The position numbers and the translations under genes were made by a program. Source: a virus (taxonomy: Duplodnaviria; Caudoviricetes). From it: 64,000 bases of DNA. Shown in pieces: positions 1 to 11,025 of this stretch; position 1 is the first letter of the stretch, and every line of letters starts with the position of its first letter. Location: positions 64,001 through 128,000 of the IMG/VR virus record IMGVR_UViG_3300002092_001784; one strand, written 5' to 3'. A model generated the notes under the pieces. The model had not been told where the DNA came from and searched no databases. It saw nothing but the letters and a program-made list of their open reading frames with translations.

Positions 1-7
1 ATAAGTT

Positions 8-1291
8 ATGAATAAACCAATATTAGTATTTCAAGGACCTTGTTTCACTCGTAGCGGATACGGGGACCATTGCAGAGATTTATTGAAATCTCTTAGGAGC
101 ATGGACAAATATGATGTAAAAATAGTTCCCATGCGATGGGGCAATACTCCACAAAATCAATTAGACCCTTCAACCGAATTTGGACAATGGATGTTGCAAA
201 ATGTAATAACTCAATTGGATGCAAAACCCGATGTGTTTATGCAAGTTTCTGTTGCAAATGAATTTGAACCAAAGGGTAACTACAATATAGGTATTACTGC
301 TGGAGTTGAAACTACACTCATTCCTAAAGATTTCATAGATGGTACAAACAAAATGGATTTGGTAATAGTACCATCACAGTTTACGAAACAGGTGTTGGTG
401 TCTACAATGTACCAGTCCAAAGATAATCGGACAGGCAAAGTAGTAGAAGAAATTAAAGTAACAAAGCCGGTTGAAGTTTTATTTGAAGGGGTTGATACTG
501 AAATATATTCAGCCGGAAATGGTGTAGATATTCTTAAAGATGTAACGGAAGATTTTGCGTTTTTGAGTGTAGGCCATTGGTTAAAGGGAGATATTGGACA
601 AGACAGAAAGGATATTGGAATGTTGATAAAAACATTTGCAACGGTATTTCAATATCTTCCAAAAGAAAAAAGACCCGCACTAATATTAAAAACTTCACAT
701 GCTGGATTTTCAGTAATGGATAGGGAGTTAACCCGTGAGAAGATTGAAACCATATTAAAGGGAATGGGTGATAAATGCCCATCGGTATATTTGCTGCACG
801 GTGATTTAAGTGATGCTGATATGGCATCATTGTATCATAACCCAAAGGTGAAGGCTATGGTATCGTTTACAAAAGGTGAAGGATATGGTAGACCATTGGC
901 AGAGTTTACATTAACAGGCAAACCAATATTGGTATCAAATTGGAGTGGACAGTTGGATTTTCTACCGGCCGATAAGGCAGTATTATTGGATGGGCAATTG
1001 ACACAGATTCACGAATCTGCGGCAGACCAATTCATTATTAAGGAAGCCCAATGGTTTACAGTTAATTATAGTAATGCGGCAAACAAAATGTATGATGTAT
1101 ATAAGAACTATCCGACGTACTTAAAAACTTCGGAAAAGCTTAAAGATAATACACTGAATGGGTTTACTTTAGATAAAATGAATACGGTATTTTCAAAAAT
1201 ATTAAATACTTATGTAAAGGAAGCTCCTAAAGTTGTTCCGTTTAGTTTACCAAAACTAAATATGATTAAACCATTAGAAAAAACTGAATGA
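8..1291 (+). CDS. Glycosyltransferase, GT-B (GT4-like)
   Basis: 427 aa; C-terminal TKGEGYGRPLAE matches the GT4 E-x7-E motif. Confidence 0.85.
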   Translation: MNKPILVFQGPCFTRSGYGDHCRDLLKSLRSMDKYDVKIVPMRWGNTPQNQLDPSTEFGQWMLQNVITQLDAKPDVFMQVSVANEFEPKGNYNIGITAGVETTLIPKDFIDGTNKMDLVIVPSQFTKQVLVSTMYQSKDNRTGKVVEEIKVTKPVEVLFEGVDTEIYSAGNGVDILKDVTEDFAFLSVGHWLKGDIGQDRKDIGMLIKTFATVFQYLPKEKRPALILKTSHAGFSVMDRELTREKIETILKGMGDKCPSVYLLHGDLSDADMASLYHNPKVKAMVSFTKGEGYGRPLAEFTLTGKPILVSNWSGQLDFLPADKAVLLDGQLTQIHESAADQFIIKEAQWFTVNYSNAANKMYDVYKNYPTYLKTSEKLKDNTLNGFTLDKMNTVFSKILNTYVKEAPKVVPFSLPKLNMIKPLEKTE

Positions 1292-1752
1292 TATTTACTT
1301 TGCAATACGATAAAATGATAGAAAGTGAGAAACCAATCGCTAGAAATCGTGTATTGCCAAGAAATATGTACAGAATCAAATCATACACTTACGCGGATGG
1401 ACATCATGAAAATTTAACAGGTATTCATTCTGCGTTAGTGTTTGTTTTTGGTAGAGATCAAGACACTTTATACTGCCTTAAAATTAATGAAGTACGGCCT
1501 ATTAAATTTTTTGATTGGTTGGCTACGATACTCGCTCACAAACATTTCAATTGGGATAATGTTGAAGAATTAAGAGAGGCAATTATTGTATCGGATAGGG
1601 CAGGTAAAGGTATATGGAAACGACAAATACATGGGAAATCCCCATACATATTACCCGCAAGTATATATCGAACTTATAAAATAAGTAGTATATCATTGAT
1701 CCATGAAATTTATTTTAAGACAAATGTACTGAAAAAGAATTTACCAAGATAA
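1288..1752 (+). CDS. Hypothetical protein
   Basis: 154 aa ORF with ATGA overlap, followed by a terminator. Confidence 0.7.
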   Translation: MIFTLQYDKMIESEKPIARNRVLPRNMYRIKSYTYADGHHENLTGIHSALVFVFGRDQDTLYCLKINEVRPIKFFDWLATILAHKHFNWDNVEELREAIIVSDRAGKGIWKRQIHGKSPYILPASIYRTYKISSISLIHEIYFKTNVLKKNLPR

Positions 1753-1753
1753 A

Positions 1754-1790
1754 ATTGGATAACTTAAAAAATTATCCAATTTTTTTTGTG
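1754..1790 (+). terminator. Intrinsic terminator
   Basis: AATTGGATAA / TTATCCAATT hairpin followed by a T run. Confidence 0.75.
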
Positions 1791-1841
1791 TTTTCTCAAA
1801 AAATATATATTTATATATAATAACAATTAAACTAATAAGTT

Positions 1842-2480
1842 ATGAATATTCCAATCACATACGCAATTACCGTTTGCAATGAACTAGAAGAAATCGTTAA
1901 GTTGGTAGATTTCCTCATACCAAAAATTAATACTGAAGATGAAATTCTAATTCAATATGATACCGATGCTGCGACAAAAGAAGTAGTTGATTATTTGAAT
2001 ATTATTTCACAAATTCATTCTAAGTTGATACGAGTAATTAACTTTCCACTGAATAACGATTTTGCTTCTTTCAAAAATAATCTGAAGAATCACGCTAATG
2101 GTATCTATATTTTCCAAGTAGATGCAGATGAAATTCCATCGGAATATCTTGTGACAAATCTTAGTATGTTTTTGGAGCATAATAAAGATGTGGATTTATT
2201 TTTTGTACCACGAATCAATACAGTTGATGGGTTGACAGATGAACACATTAAAAAGTGGGGATGGAATATCAGTCCCAATGATTGGGTGAACTTTCCCGAC
2301 TACCAAACTAGGATATACCGCAGAACATCTGAAATCGAATGGGTTGGTGCAGTACATGAACGTATTGTTGGGTATAACACATTATCAGTACTACCTGCCG
2401 AAGAACAATTTTGCCTATATCACCATAAACAGATAGAACGACAGGAAAAACAAAACGAATACTATTCTACTTTAGCATGA
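1842..2480 (+). CDS. GT2-family glycosyltransferase
   Basis: TYAITVCNE start and QVDADE DxD motif. Confidence 0.8.
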   Translation: MNIPITYAITVCNELEEIVKLVDFLIPKINTEDEILIQYDTDAATKEVVDYLNIISQIHSKLIRVINFPLNNDFASFKNNLKNHANGIYIFQVDADEIPSEYLVTNLSMFLEHNKDVDLFFVPRINTVDGLTDEHIKKWGWNISPNDWVNFPDYQTRIYRRTSEIEWVGAVHERIVGYNTLSVLPAEEQFCLYHHKQIERQEKQNEYYSTLA

Positions 2481-3463
2481 AAATAGCATTTCTTACAGAA
2501 ATAAAGGGGGCCGGTAAAATTCCAAAAGCGTTTCCCAATATGAGAACAGAATTTGCATGGATGCATACATTAGGTGCAGTTCATCACAATATTGAGTTAT
2601 TTAATTCGGTGGAAGGATATGATCATGTTTTTATTATTTTTCCAAAGGGTAGGGTATTTTTAAGTGCGGAGGGAATTAAAATAGTTAGTGCGGTTAACCC
2701 AGTATCGGAATTATTACAATCTGATATAGTTTCTGTATTAAAAAATAATAATACAAAGGTACATTATATACAGGAAGGACCACATTGGTGGTTCAATGAT
2801 TATGATGTGGCTGACCAAATTTATTTTTTTAATTTATTATCTAAATGTGATAGTATATTCGTACATAATCAGTATGATGTAAATTATTATCAGGGTATGT
2901 TTATGGATAAACCAATTCATGTCATACCTACGTTAATGATTGAAGAATTACTTTCTGATATAATTCCAATTAAGCAAGATAAAGTTATAATTGGTGGAAA
3001 CTTTGCACATTGGTATGGTGGATTTGAAAGTTATGTAGTGGCCGGTACATTGGGGATACCCATTTGGGCTCAGGACTCTCATGCAAAACGTGAATATGAA
3101 TCTGAAGTTCCGAACCTAAACCATTTACCACGGTTAATATGGGTGGATTGGATGAAAACCTTATCTGAATTTAAGTATGCAGTACACCTTATGCCAACCG
3201 TTGCTGCTGGTACATTTTCATTGAATTGTGCATATTTTTCTATACCATGTATTGGCAATGAATTGTTGGATACTCAACGGATATGTCACCCAGAACTTTC
3301 AGTTGATGTTTCTGATTTGAAACGGGCAAATAAACTGATATATCAATTACATACCGATAAAGAATTTTATAATGAATGTAGTAGAACCGCAAAGGAGAAT
3401 TATCATAGGTACTATTCGGAAGTAGTTTGGAAAGATAATATGAATAAAAAATTACAATTATGA
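2477..3463 (+). CDS. Putative GT-B glycosyltransferase
   Basis: 328 aa in the glycan operon; C-terminal half resembles GT-B; weak motif support. Confidence 0.5.
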   Translation: MKIAFLTEIKGAGKIPKAFPNMRTEFAWMHTLGAVHHNIELFNSVEGYDHVFIIFPKGRVFLSAEGIKIVSAVNPVSELLQSDIVSVLKNNNTKVHYIQEGPHWWFNDYDVADQIYFFNLLSKCDSIFVHNQYDVNYYQGMFMDKPIHVIPTLMIEELLSDIIPIKQDKVIIGGNFAHWYGGFESYVVAGTLGIPIWAQDSHAKREYESEVPNLNHLPRLIWVDWMKTLSEFKYAVHLMPTVAAGTFSLNCAYFSIPCIGNELLDTQRICHPELSVDVSDLKRANKLIYQLHTDKEFYNECSRTAKENYHRYYSEVVWKDNMNKKLQL

Positions 3464-4233
3464 GTATAACAGTTATATTAAACGGTTACAAACGTGGTGA
3501 TCATTTAGACGAGCAACTTAGGGCTTTACAGAATCAAACGATTCAACCAGATGAAATTTTACTATGGTATAATAATCCCGGCGATGATTCGGAAATCAAT
3601 TATAATATTGGTACTCAGATACCTGCGGCATATTGTAACTACAACTTCGGTGTATGGGCACGGTTTACTTTCGCATTAAACGCTCGCAGTGAGTTTGTTT
3701 GTGTGTTTGATGATGATACCATACCCGGTTCAAAGTGGTTAGAAAACTGCCTTAATACGATGAACAAGACGGAAGGATTGTTGGGTACGGTTGGTTTATT
3801 ATACCTCAATCCATTACCACCGGTACAATCATCTTATTATGAACACTATATTCGGTTTGGCTGGCCGGAAAGTGGGAACAACGAACGGACAGTTGAGGTG
3901 GATTTGGTCGGACATAGCTGGTTCTTTAAGAAAGAATGGTTATCTTATATGTTTAGAGAATTGCCAGACCCAAAATATAATACTTGCGGTGAAGATATGC
4001 ACTTTAGTTATATGTTACAAAAATATGCAGGTATAAAAACATTTGTACCGCCACATCCAATTTCAGATAAAGAATTGTGGGGTAGTATAAAGGGGGCAGA
4101 ATATGGTGGAGACCAAAATTCACTATGGGAGAGCAATCAACGAAGTATAGATGGTATACCATTTAGAGCACTAATGAATGATTACTTTTATAATCAACGA
4201 ATGAATGGATGGAGGTTATGTAATGAAAAATAA
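3460..4233 (+). CDS. GT2-like glycosyltransferase
   Basis: ITVILNGYKR start, VFDDDTIPG and GEDMH motifs. Confidence 0.75.
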   Translation: MSITVILNGYKRGDHLDEQLRALQNQTIQPDEILLWYNNPGDDSEINYNIGTQIPAAYCNYNFGVWARFTFALNARSEFVCVFDDDTIPGSKWLENCLNTMNKTEGLLGTVGLLYLNPLPPVQSSYYEHYIRFGWPESGNNERTVEVDLVGHSWFFKKEWLSYMFRELPDPKYNTCGEDMHFSYMLQKYAGIKTFVPPHPISDKELWGSIKGAEYGGDQNSLWESNQRSIDGIPFRALMNDYFYNQRMNGWRLCNEK

Positions 4234-5227
4234 ATTACCAATATTGATTTGTTTTGGAACAAGGCCAGAATGGTTGAAGGTTAAACCATTGGTGGACATT
4301 ATGAAAGATGATGAATATGTTTTGTTATTTACAGGTCAACACCCTGATTTGTTAAATGAGGTTGGTGTAGATAGACGTATAAAAATCATAGATTATGAAA
4401 ACCGATTAGATGCCGTTATTAGTAGTTGTATGCTACAATTTCCCGAAGGGAAATACAGAGCAGTACTTGTACAGGGAGATACCGCATCTGCCTTCGGATG
4501 TGCGATAGCAGCGTTTAATAGGCAAATTAAAATTCTGTATATGGAAGCCGGATTACGCAGTGGTAATTTGAAGCACCCGTATCCAGAAGAAGGATATAGA
4601 CAGATGATTTCTCGTATATCCGATATTAACTTTGCACCTACTGAATTATCAGAAACAAATTTATACGAAGAAAAGACACATGGTGATACTTTTGTGACAG
4701 GAAATACAATTTTGGACAGTTTAATTGGTTATGGTAACCCAACCTATGGTAATAGAGTATTGGTAACTTTACATCGTAGAGAAAATCATTTTTGGATAGA
4801 CCAATGGTTTGATGAAATTAATAAACTTGCAGTAGATAATCCAGAATTAGAGTTCATAATGCCAATACATCCAAATCCAATGGTAATCGCATTTAGAAAA
4901 CTATTACCAAATGTGACTTTGGTTGACCCTCTTGGACATGATGAATTAATTGGAATATTAAAAGATTGCAAATTAATAATAACCGATAGTGGTGGTTTAC
5001 AAGAAGAAGGCTCGTTTTTCAATAAAAAAGTGATTGTGTGTAGAAAAACAACAGAAAGACCGGAAGGTATTAAAAGTGGACATTTATATATGTGTGATTC
5101 CCCAAATAAACTTAGGAAATTATTTGTTAAATTGAATAAAAAACCGTATATTTGTAGCCCATGTCCATACGGTGATGGAAATGCTGCACAAAACATCTAT
5201 GATATAATACGAAATGAAAAATTTTAA
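4223..5227 (+). CDS. wecB: UDP-N-acetylglucosamine 2-epimerase
   Basis: GTRPE, TGQH, VQGDT, EAGLRS, TDSGGLQEE and ERPEG motifs; start moved to ATG 4223. Confidence 0.92.
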   Translation: MKNKLPILICFGTRPEWLKVKPLVDIMKDDEYVLLFTGQHPDLLNEVGVDRRIKIIDYENRLDAVISSCMLQFPEGKYRAVLVQGDTASAFGCAIAAFNRQIKILYMEAGLRSGNLKHPYPEEGYRQMISRISDINFAPTELSETNLYEEKTHGDTFVTGNTILDSLIGYGNPTYGNRVLVTLHRRENHFWIDQWFDEINKLAVDNPELEFIMPIHPNPMVIAFRKLLPNVTLVDPLGHDELIGILKDCKLIITDSGGLQEEGSFFNKKVIVCRKTTERPEGIKSGHLYMCDSPNKLRKLFVKLNKKPYICSPCPYGDGNAAQNIYDIIRNEKF

Positions 5228-5990
5228 GGAGCATTTTGAATTTTTTACAAAAAAACTGTTAAATAAGGAAAACTTTGCGTTTTCACGATATTCTGATGGT
5301 GAGTTGTATATTCTTCAAAATAAAGAGTTGGTTCTTGGTGATGGTGTAATAAAAATAGGAGATCGGATTCAAAGAGGATTTTATCGAACGGAAGATCATA
5401 AACATTTTGATCCAAATCAACATTCATTTTATAGAGATAAATTAATTGAAGCATACAAACATCGTCAGATAGGTTATTACAAAGGTATAGGTTGTCAATG
5501 TTGTGTGGGTAAAGAAGCGTTTGATTGGCAACTTGAATTACATGGTGGTGATGATGAATCGCTTACGTGGGCAAACCTTTGGGTGAATGGTAATTATCCC
5601 AGTTTTGTAAGTAATATACTACCGATATTTTTTAGTAGAGATTGTGTATTCATTTGTAATGATAAAGCAAATTTGACACGTTTACCATTCGTTGTGAAGG
5701 ATTTTAGAGTAGGATATAATGCAATGGTAAATGATTATAATAAAATTGAAGATATAAAGAAATGGATCGGTGACAACAATATAGTTAATCATATTTTCTT
5801 ATTTTCAGCATCAACATTCAGTAATTTGGCAATATATGAACTCTATAAAGAATATCCAAATAACACTTATATTGATATTGGGACTTGCCTAACTCCGATG
5901 ATGGATATGCCAACGGAACGTAGTTATTTGCAAGAATATTGGAATTACATACAAGGCAATGACCTTCAAAAAATATGTATATGGAATTAG
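5214..5990 (+). CDS. GT-D-fold (DUF1792-like) glycosyltransferase
   Basis: FAFSRYSDGE and YIDIG motifs. Confidence 0.5.
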   Translation: MKNFKEHFEFFTKKLLNKENFAFSRYSDGELYILQNKELVLGDGVIKIGDRIQRGFYRTEDHKHFDPNQHSFYRDKLIEAYKHRQIGYYKGIGCQCCVGKEAFDWQLELHGGDDESLTWANLWVNGNYPSFVSNILPIFFSRDCVFICNDKANLTRLPFVVKDFRVGYNAMVNDYNKIEDIKKWIGDNNIVNHIFLFSASTFSNLAIYELYKEYPNNTYIDIGTCLTPMMDMPTERSYLQEYWNYIQGNDLQKICIWN

Positions 5991-6385
5991 GTAGAATTGA
6001 ATTTAACTTAGTAGAATGTAATACGGAATATTGGGAGTTTGTTAGGGAACTTCGTAATGATAGTAGAGTGATTGGTGGTTTTATAGAAACTACATATATT
6101 ACACCAGAAATGCAAAACGAATATATGAAACTACATCAACATGAATATCGTATTGGTTTACTCTATGGAAAGCCTGTTGGTTATGTTGGTGTAATTGAAG
6201 ATGATATTCGAGTCTGTACCCATCCGAATTATCAGAAATTAGGAGTTGGTAAATTTATGATAAATGAAGCTATGAAGATATGGCCAACTGCGTTTGCGAA
6301 AGTAAAGATTGATAATACTGCAAGTCTAAAATTGTTTGAATCTTGCGGGTTTACACAAAAATATGTAATTTTAACAAAAGATTGA
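5975..6385 (+). CDS. GNAT acetyltransferase
   Basis: YQKLGVGK acetyl-CoA motif and NTASLKLFESCGF; next to an aminotransferase. Confidence 0.75.
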   Translation: MYMELGRIEFNLVECNTEYWEFVRELRNDSRVIGGFIETTYITPEMQNEYMKLHQHEYRIGLLYGKPVGYVGVIEDDIRVCTHPNYQKLGVGKFMINEAMKIWPTAFAKVKIDNTASLKLFESCGFTQKYVILTKD

Positions 6386-6386
6386 T

Positions 6387-7013
6387 ATGTTACACAATCC
6401 ATATAAAATAGTAAAAATGTTTGAAGAAGAAATAGCGGCTTATACTGGAGCACCGTATGCTATTTCCGTAGATAGTTGTACTAATGCATTATTTTTAATG
6501 TGTAAGTATTTGGAAGTTGAAGATGTAACAATACCATCTAAAACTTACTTATCAGTACCACAATCGATTATTCATGCCGGTGGTAATGTTATCTTTGATA
6601 AACGACCGGTTACTAATCATTGGAGAGGTATTTATCAGTTAAAACCATATCCAATATGGGATGCAGCTAAACGGTTAACTAAAGATATGTATATACCCGG
6701 TTCATATATGGGATTATCATTTCATATTAAAAAGAGCCTACCAATTTGGAAAGGCGGTATGATTTTAACGGATGACCCTAAAGCTGATGACTGGTTTAGA
6801 AAAGCCAGATATGAAGGTAGAAGTGAAAAGTATTATAAAGAAGATGATATAACCTTTTGTGGTTGGAATATGTATATGACTCCACAACAAGCAGCTCAAG
6901 GATTAGCATTGTTTCAGAATTATCCCGAACATAAAGAAGATACTGCTGAATTGAATGGTTATAGAGATTTAACAGAGTTTACAGTATTCAAAAATAATAA
7001 GGTTATAGAATGA
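6387..7013 (+). CDS. Short DegT/DnrJ/EryC1/StrS sugar aminotransferase
   Basis: SCTNAL, DAA, SFHIKK (PLP lysine) and GGMILT motifs; only 208 aa. Confidence 0.8.
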   Translation: MLHNPYKIVKMFEEEIAAYTGAPYAISVDSCTNALFLMCKYLEVEDVTIPSKTYLSVPQSIIHAGGNVIFDKRPVTNHWRGIYQLKPYPIWDAAKRLTKDMYIPGSYMGLSFHIKKSLPIWKGGMILTDDPKADDWFRKARYEGRSEKYYKEDDITFCGWNMYMTPQQAAQGLALFQNYPEHKEDTAELNGYRDLTEFTVFKNNKVIE

Positions 7014-7637
7014 AACGATGCATTGTAGTGCAAGGACCGACTATAAAAGAAGATGTTGATACGATAAAACAATGTTGGGGTGAGTTTCCTATTATTTTTT
7101 TCCACATGGGAAGATGCTGATAAAAATTGTTATGATCCCAATGATACTGTGATATTCAATATATATCCAGAAACTAACGGATTTCACAACTTTAATTTAC
7201 AAAGAATATCAACTTTAACTGGAATTTTGAAAGCAAAAGAACTTGGATTTGATAGAGTAATCAAGTGGCGTGGTGATTTTATTACAAATAATGCAACCGA
7301 ATTAGTTAAACTATTCAAAGATGATTACTTAAACTTTTATGCATTTATCAATGATCCAACCGGATATGTTACTGATTTTTTTATGGAGGGTGATGTTGAT
7401 GATATGCTGGAGTTGTTTAATATTATGGAAATTCATGGATACCCATTTCCCGAATTTTTAATTACAAAAAGATTGTATACTATGGGCTTAAATAATAAAG
7501 TAAATTTTATATGTAGGCAACTAACACAAGATACTAATATATATTGGAAAAAAATGAATTATTGGTTAACCGATAATAAGCAATACCCAGTTTATACGGA
7601 TTCTTTGCCAGAAATAACAAACCAACAATATCTTTGA
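7010..7637 (+). pseudogene. WavE-like glycan protein split by a +1 frameshift in a T7 tract
   Basis: ATG 7010 gives MKRCIVVQGPT...PII; removing one T from 7095-7101 joins it to FSTWED in ORF 7080-7637; compare ILQG...VISTWTD at 61744. Confidence 0.6.
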
Positions 7638-7638
7638 T

Positions 7639-8364
7639 ATGAAAATAGCACTTTGTTTACACGGTATGTTCAATTCAACACAAGACCTGAGTTCAAATGG
7701 TTTTGATGGATATGATCATATTAAAAAACATATTTTGGATAAAGGTGATACTGATGTGTTTGTTCATAGTTGGGATATAGATATGCAAGATGTAATTACT
7801 GATTTGTACAAACCAATCACTGCTGTGTTTGAACCACAAAAGGATTTTACCGATTTAATATATGATAGAGATTTGGATTTATTACCAAATACACCTAGGT
7901 CACCTCAATCAGTACTATCACACCTATATAGTGTAACAGAGGTAATGAAATTACCATATAAAACCAATACCGAATATGATATAGTTGTAAAAGCACGATT
8001 TGATTTAGGTAGAATCAATAGAAATACATCAGGACCTGGATTAGGTAATCCGTATCCCGTTCAATGCATTAATTTTCAAACAGATATTCAATTTGATAAA
8101 ATTTATATGGCTGATTGGAATTATTTTAATATGGGGCCTGCTGATATGTGGTTTTATGGTTCTTATAATGTTATGCGTTTGTTTGGTGGGTTATACGAAT
8201 CACTTATTAGCCAAATGGAAATCAATAGTCCATTTTTCAAATTTGCTGTTAATATAGAAGGAAATGCGGGTGACCTTTCCAATTCAATAGCTTTTTATAA
8301 ATACTGGATGATACAGAATGGACTTTGGGAAAAACGAATAAATTTACCTACGTTATGGGAATAA
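7639..8364 (+). CDS. Hypothetical glycan-related protein (KIALCLxG family)
   Basis: KIALCLHG start and YDIVVKARFD; paralogous to ORFs at 10414, 11713 and 20129. Confidence 0.6.
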   Translation: MKIALCLHGMFNSTQDLSSNGFDGYDHIKKHILDKGDTDVFVHSWDIDMQDVITDLYKPITAVFEPQKDFTDLIYDRDLDLLPNTPRSPQSVLSHLYSVTEVMKLPYKTNTEYDIVVKARFDLGRINRNTSGPGLGNPYPVQCINFQTDIQFDKIYMADWNYFNMGPADMWFYGSYNVMRLFGGLYESLISQMEINSPFFKFAVNIEGNAGDLSNSIAFYKYWMIQNGLWEKRINLPTLWE

Positions 8365-9053
8365 AATGGACTATATTAATTTACACACATTCGGATATGG
8401 CAGATGTGTGGCCGATGTTCTTTGGGCAACTGACTAAATACGGATTGGATACCAAATTTGAGATTTATGTTGCTGTTAATAAAAATGATGAAAGAATACC
8501 GTATACACAACTTTATTACAATGATAAACTATCATATACTGATAGATTAAAATCAATTTTAGAACAAATATCAGATGATACTATATTGTTTATACATGAA
8601 GATATGGTATTATACGATACGCCAAATTTTGGATTATTAAATCGATATTTCAATTATGTATATACTGGATATGCCGATAGTATTAAACTTATTTATGTGG
8701 AGAACGGTATTACTACAACGGATTTGGATGAAACATTGGTTACCAATCCTTATGCAAAGTTTTCAATTCAGCCTACAATAATTAAGACTTCTCGGTTAAA
8801 TTCATTATTAGATATTGTTGGTAGTGTAAGCATTTGGGATTTCGAACACAAAGCACCGTATTCTGAATTAGATTTTATGTCTAAAATTGGTAATGAAAAC
8901 AGAAGAGGTAGTTTACACTATGATAGTTCGGTATTTCCATATATAGCAACTGCTATCACAAAGGGTAAATGGAATTATAATCAATATAAAGTAGAATTAG
9001 ATAATCTTTTTGAACAATATAATATAAATCCATTTGAAAGGGGAATACTATGA
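8355..9053 (+). CDS. Putative GT-A-like protein
   Basis: ILFIHEDM motif within the glycan operon; start moved to ATG 8355. Confidence 0.5.
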   Translation: MGIKWTILIYTHSDMADVWPMFFGQLTKYGLDTKFEIYVAVNKNDERIPYTQLYYNDKLSYTDRLKSILEQISDDTILFIHEDMVLYDTPNFGLLNRYFNYVYTGYADSIKLIYVENGITTTDLDETLVTNPYAKFSIQPTIIKTSRLNSLLDIVGSVSIWDFEHKAPYSELDFMSKIGNENRRGSLHYDSSVFPYIATAITKGKWNYNQYKVELDNLFEQYNINPFERGIL

Positions 9054-10417
9054 TAAAATTAATAATTTTCGATCTTGATGGTGTGTTGGTATCGGCAAAA
9101 CATATACATTATGAAACACTTAATACCGCAATTGAAACGGTTGCTGGTAAGCAATATGCCATTACTGAAACGGAACATCTGTCTACATATGATGGATTAA
9201 AAACAAATCAGAAATTGGAAATGTTGACAAATTCCAAAGGATTACCATTGGCATTGCATACCGAAATTTGGAGTATGAAACAAAAGTTGACAATAGAAGC
9301 AATATCTGAACTGAAACAAGATGAACGATTGGTCGGTATATTTAACGAATTATCGCATAGAGGCTATAAATTGGCATGTGCTTCAAATTCAATTCGTCGT
9401 TCTGTGCTGGTTATGCTATCCAAAATCGGAGTGATTGAGTATATGGATTTAATACTTTCAAACGAAGATGTGAAGAACTCCAAACCGCATCCGGAAATGT
9501 ATTGGAAGGCAATGAGTATGATGGGAGTGTTACCTGATGAAACTCTTATAGTTGAAGATTCACCAACTGGATTACTTGCCGCAAGTAGAAGTAGAGCAAC
9601 AGTTTTGAGAGTGGACAACCCTGATGATGTGACATTAGAAAAAATCGAAACTAAATTAAAAGATAATAAAATTATGAGTATTCCAAAATGGCAAGGAGGT
9701 AAGATGAATGTTCTCATTCCAATGGCTGGGGCTGGAAGTAGGTTTCAGCAAGCAGGTTATACGTTTCCAAAACCACTAATTGATGTGGCTGGTAAACCAA
9801 TGATTCAAGTTGTAGTTGATAATATTAACATAGATGCAACTTTCATATATGTAGTACAGAAATCTCATAGAGAGAAATACAATTTGGATACGTTATTGAA
9901 TATAATAACACCAAACTGTAAAATAGTTGAGGTTGATGGATTGACTGAAGGTGCTGCTTGTACTACATTATTGGCTAAGGAATTTATAGATAATGACCAA
10001 CCATTACTGATGGCAAATTCTGATCAATTTATTGAGTGGGACAGTAATGAATTTATGTATAAGATGATTGAGCAGAATGCCGATGGGGGTATTCTTACAT
10101 TTTATTCGATTCATCCAAAATGGTCATATGCAAAACTTGATGAAAATGGTTATGTAACGGAAGTTCAAGAGAAAAATCCAATATCAGATAAGGCAACCGT
10201 TGGAATTTACTATTGGAAGCATGGTAGTGATTATGTTAAATATGCTGAACAAATGATAGAGAAAAATATCAGAGTGAATGGGGAGTTTTATACATGCCCT
10301 GTTTATAATGAAGCAATATCAGATGGGTTAAAAATTAAGACATTTGGTATTGAAAAAATGTGGGGAATTGGTGTACCAGAAGATTTACAATATTTTTTAG
10401 AAAATTATAAAAAATGA
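9050..10417 (+). CDS. HAD phosphatase fused to a sugar-nucleotidyltransferase
   Basis: FDLDGVL, KPHP and VEDS HAD motifs, then IPMAGAGSRF...PKPLI NTP-transferase motif. Confidence 0.88.
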   Translation: MIKLIIFDLDGVLVSAKHIHYETLNTAIETVAGKQYAITETEHLSTYDGLKTNQKLEMLTNSKGLPLALHTEIWSMKQKLTIEAISELKQDERLVGIFNELSHRGYKLACASNSIRRSVLVMLSKIGVIEYMDLILSNEDVKNSKPHPEMYWKAMSMMGVLPDETLIVEDSPTGLLAASRSRATVLRVDNPDDVTLEKIETKLKDNKIMSIPKWQGGKMNVLIPMAGAGSRFQQAGYTFPKPLIDVAGKPMIQVVVDNINIDATFIYVVQKSHREKYNLDTLLNIITPNCKIVEVDGLTEGAACTTLLAKEFIDNDQPLLMANSDQFIEWDSNEFMYKMIEQNADGGILTFYSIHPKWSYAKLDENGYVTEVQEKNPISDKATVGIYYWKHGSDYVKYAEQMIEKNIRVNGEFYTCPVYNEAISDGLKIKTFGIEKMWGIGVPEDLQYFLENYKK

Positions 10418-11025
10418 GTAAAGTTAGAATGGTATTTGGCGGTCAGTGGAGAGGTACACCTGAAACATGGGAGTGTGTAAAAAAATTCAAAGAATATCAT
10501 AATGCCGATGTATATGTTGCATCGCATCAAAGTTGGAAATTTCCGTTTGAATTTAATTTCGTACAGACACCCGAAAGATTGAACGGTACTATATTTGAAC
10601 AGGTCTATCATGCGCATAATGAAAAATACATATTGCAGTGGTCTGGGTTATATAACAGTTGGAATAATTGGAATTTTAATTGGGATGCTTCGGATATTGT
10701 AGTACGAGTCAGAAATGATTTGGTCTTTCCTATTTTTGAATTGAATCCGGAAGAAAATACATTTCATGTACCGACAAAAGAATTTCATGCCGAACCATTC
10801 CCTACTGATATTTTTTGTAATGACCAAATTTCGTATGGATATAAGGATGTAATGGATACCTATTTTAAGTTGCCATACACATTTAATTGGAAATATCCAA
10901 GAAAACAAAAAGCAATAGAATATCATAACGGAATTTGTGGTATCGAAGAAATACTAAGAACGCATTTGTATGATAATAACATAGAATTAAAAACATTTGA
11001 TTTGATATATGACAGGGGAAAATAA
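10414..11025 (+). CDS. Hypothetical glycan-related protein
   Basis: GQWRG start and IVVRVRNDL; paralog family. Confidence 0.55.
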   Translation: MSKVRMVFGGQWRGTPETWECVKKFKEYHNADVYVASHQSWKFPFEFNFVQTPERLNGTIFEQVYHAHNEKYILQWSGLYNSWNNWNFNWDASDIVVRVRNDLVFPIFELNPEENTFHVPTKEFHAEPFPTDIFCNDQISYGYKDVMDTYFKLPYTFNWKYPRKQKAIEYHNGICGIEEILRTHLYDNNIELKTFDLIYDRGK

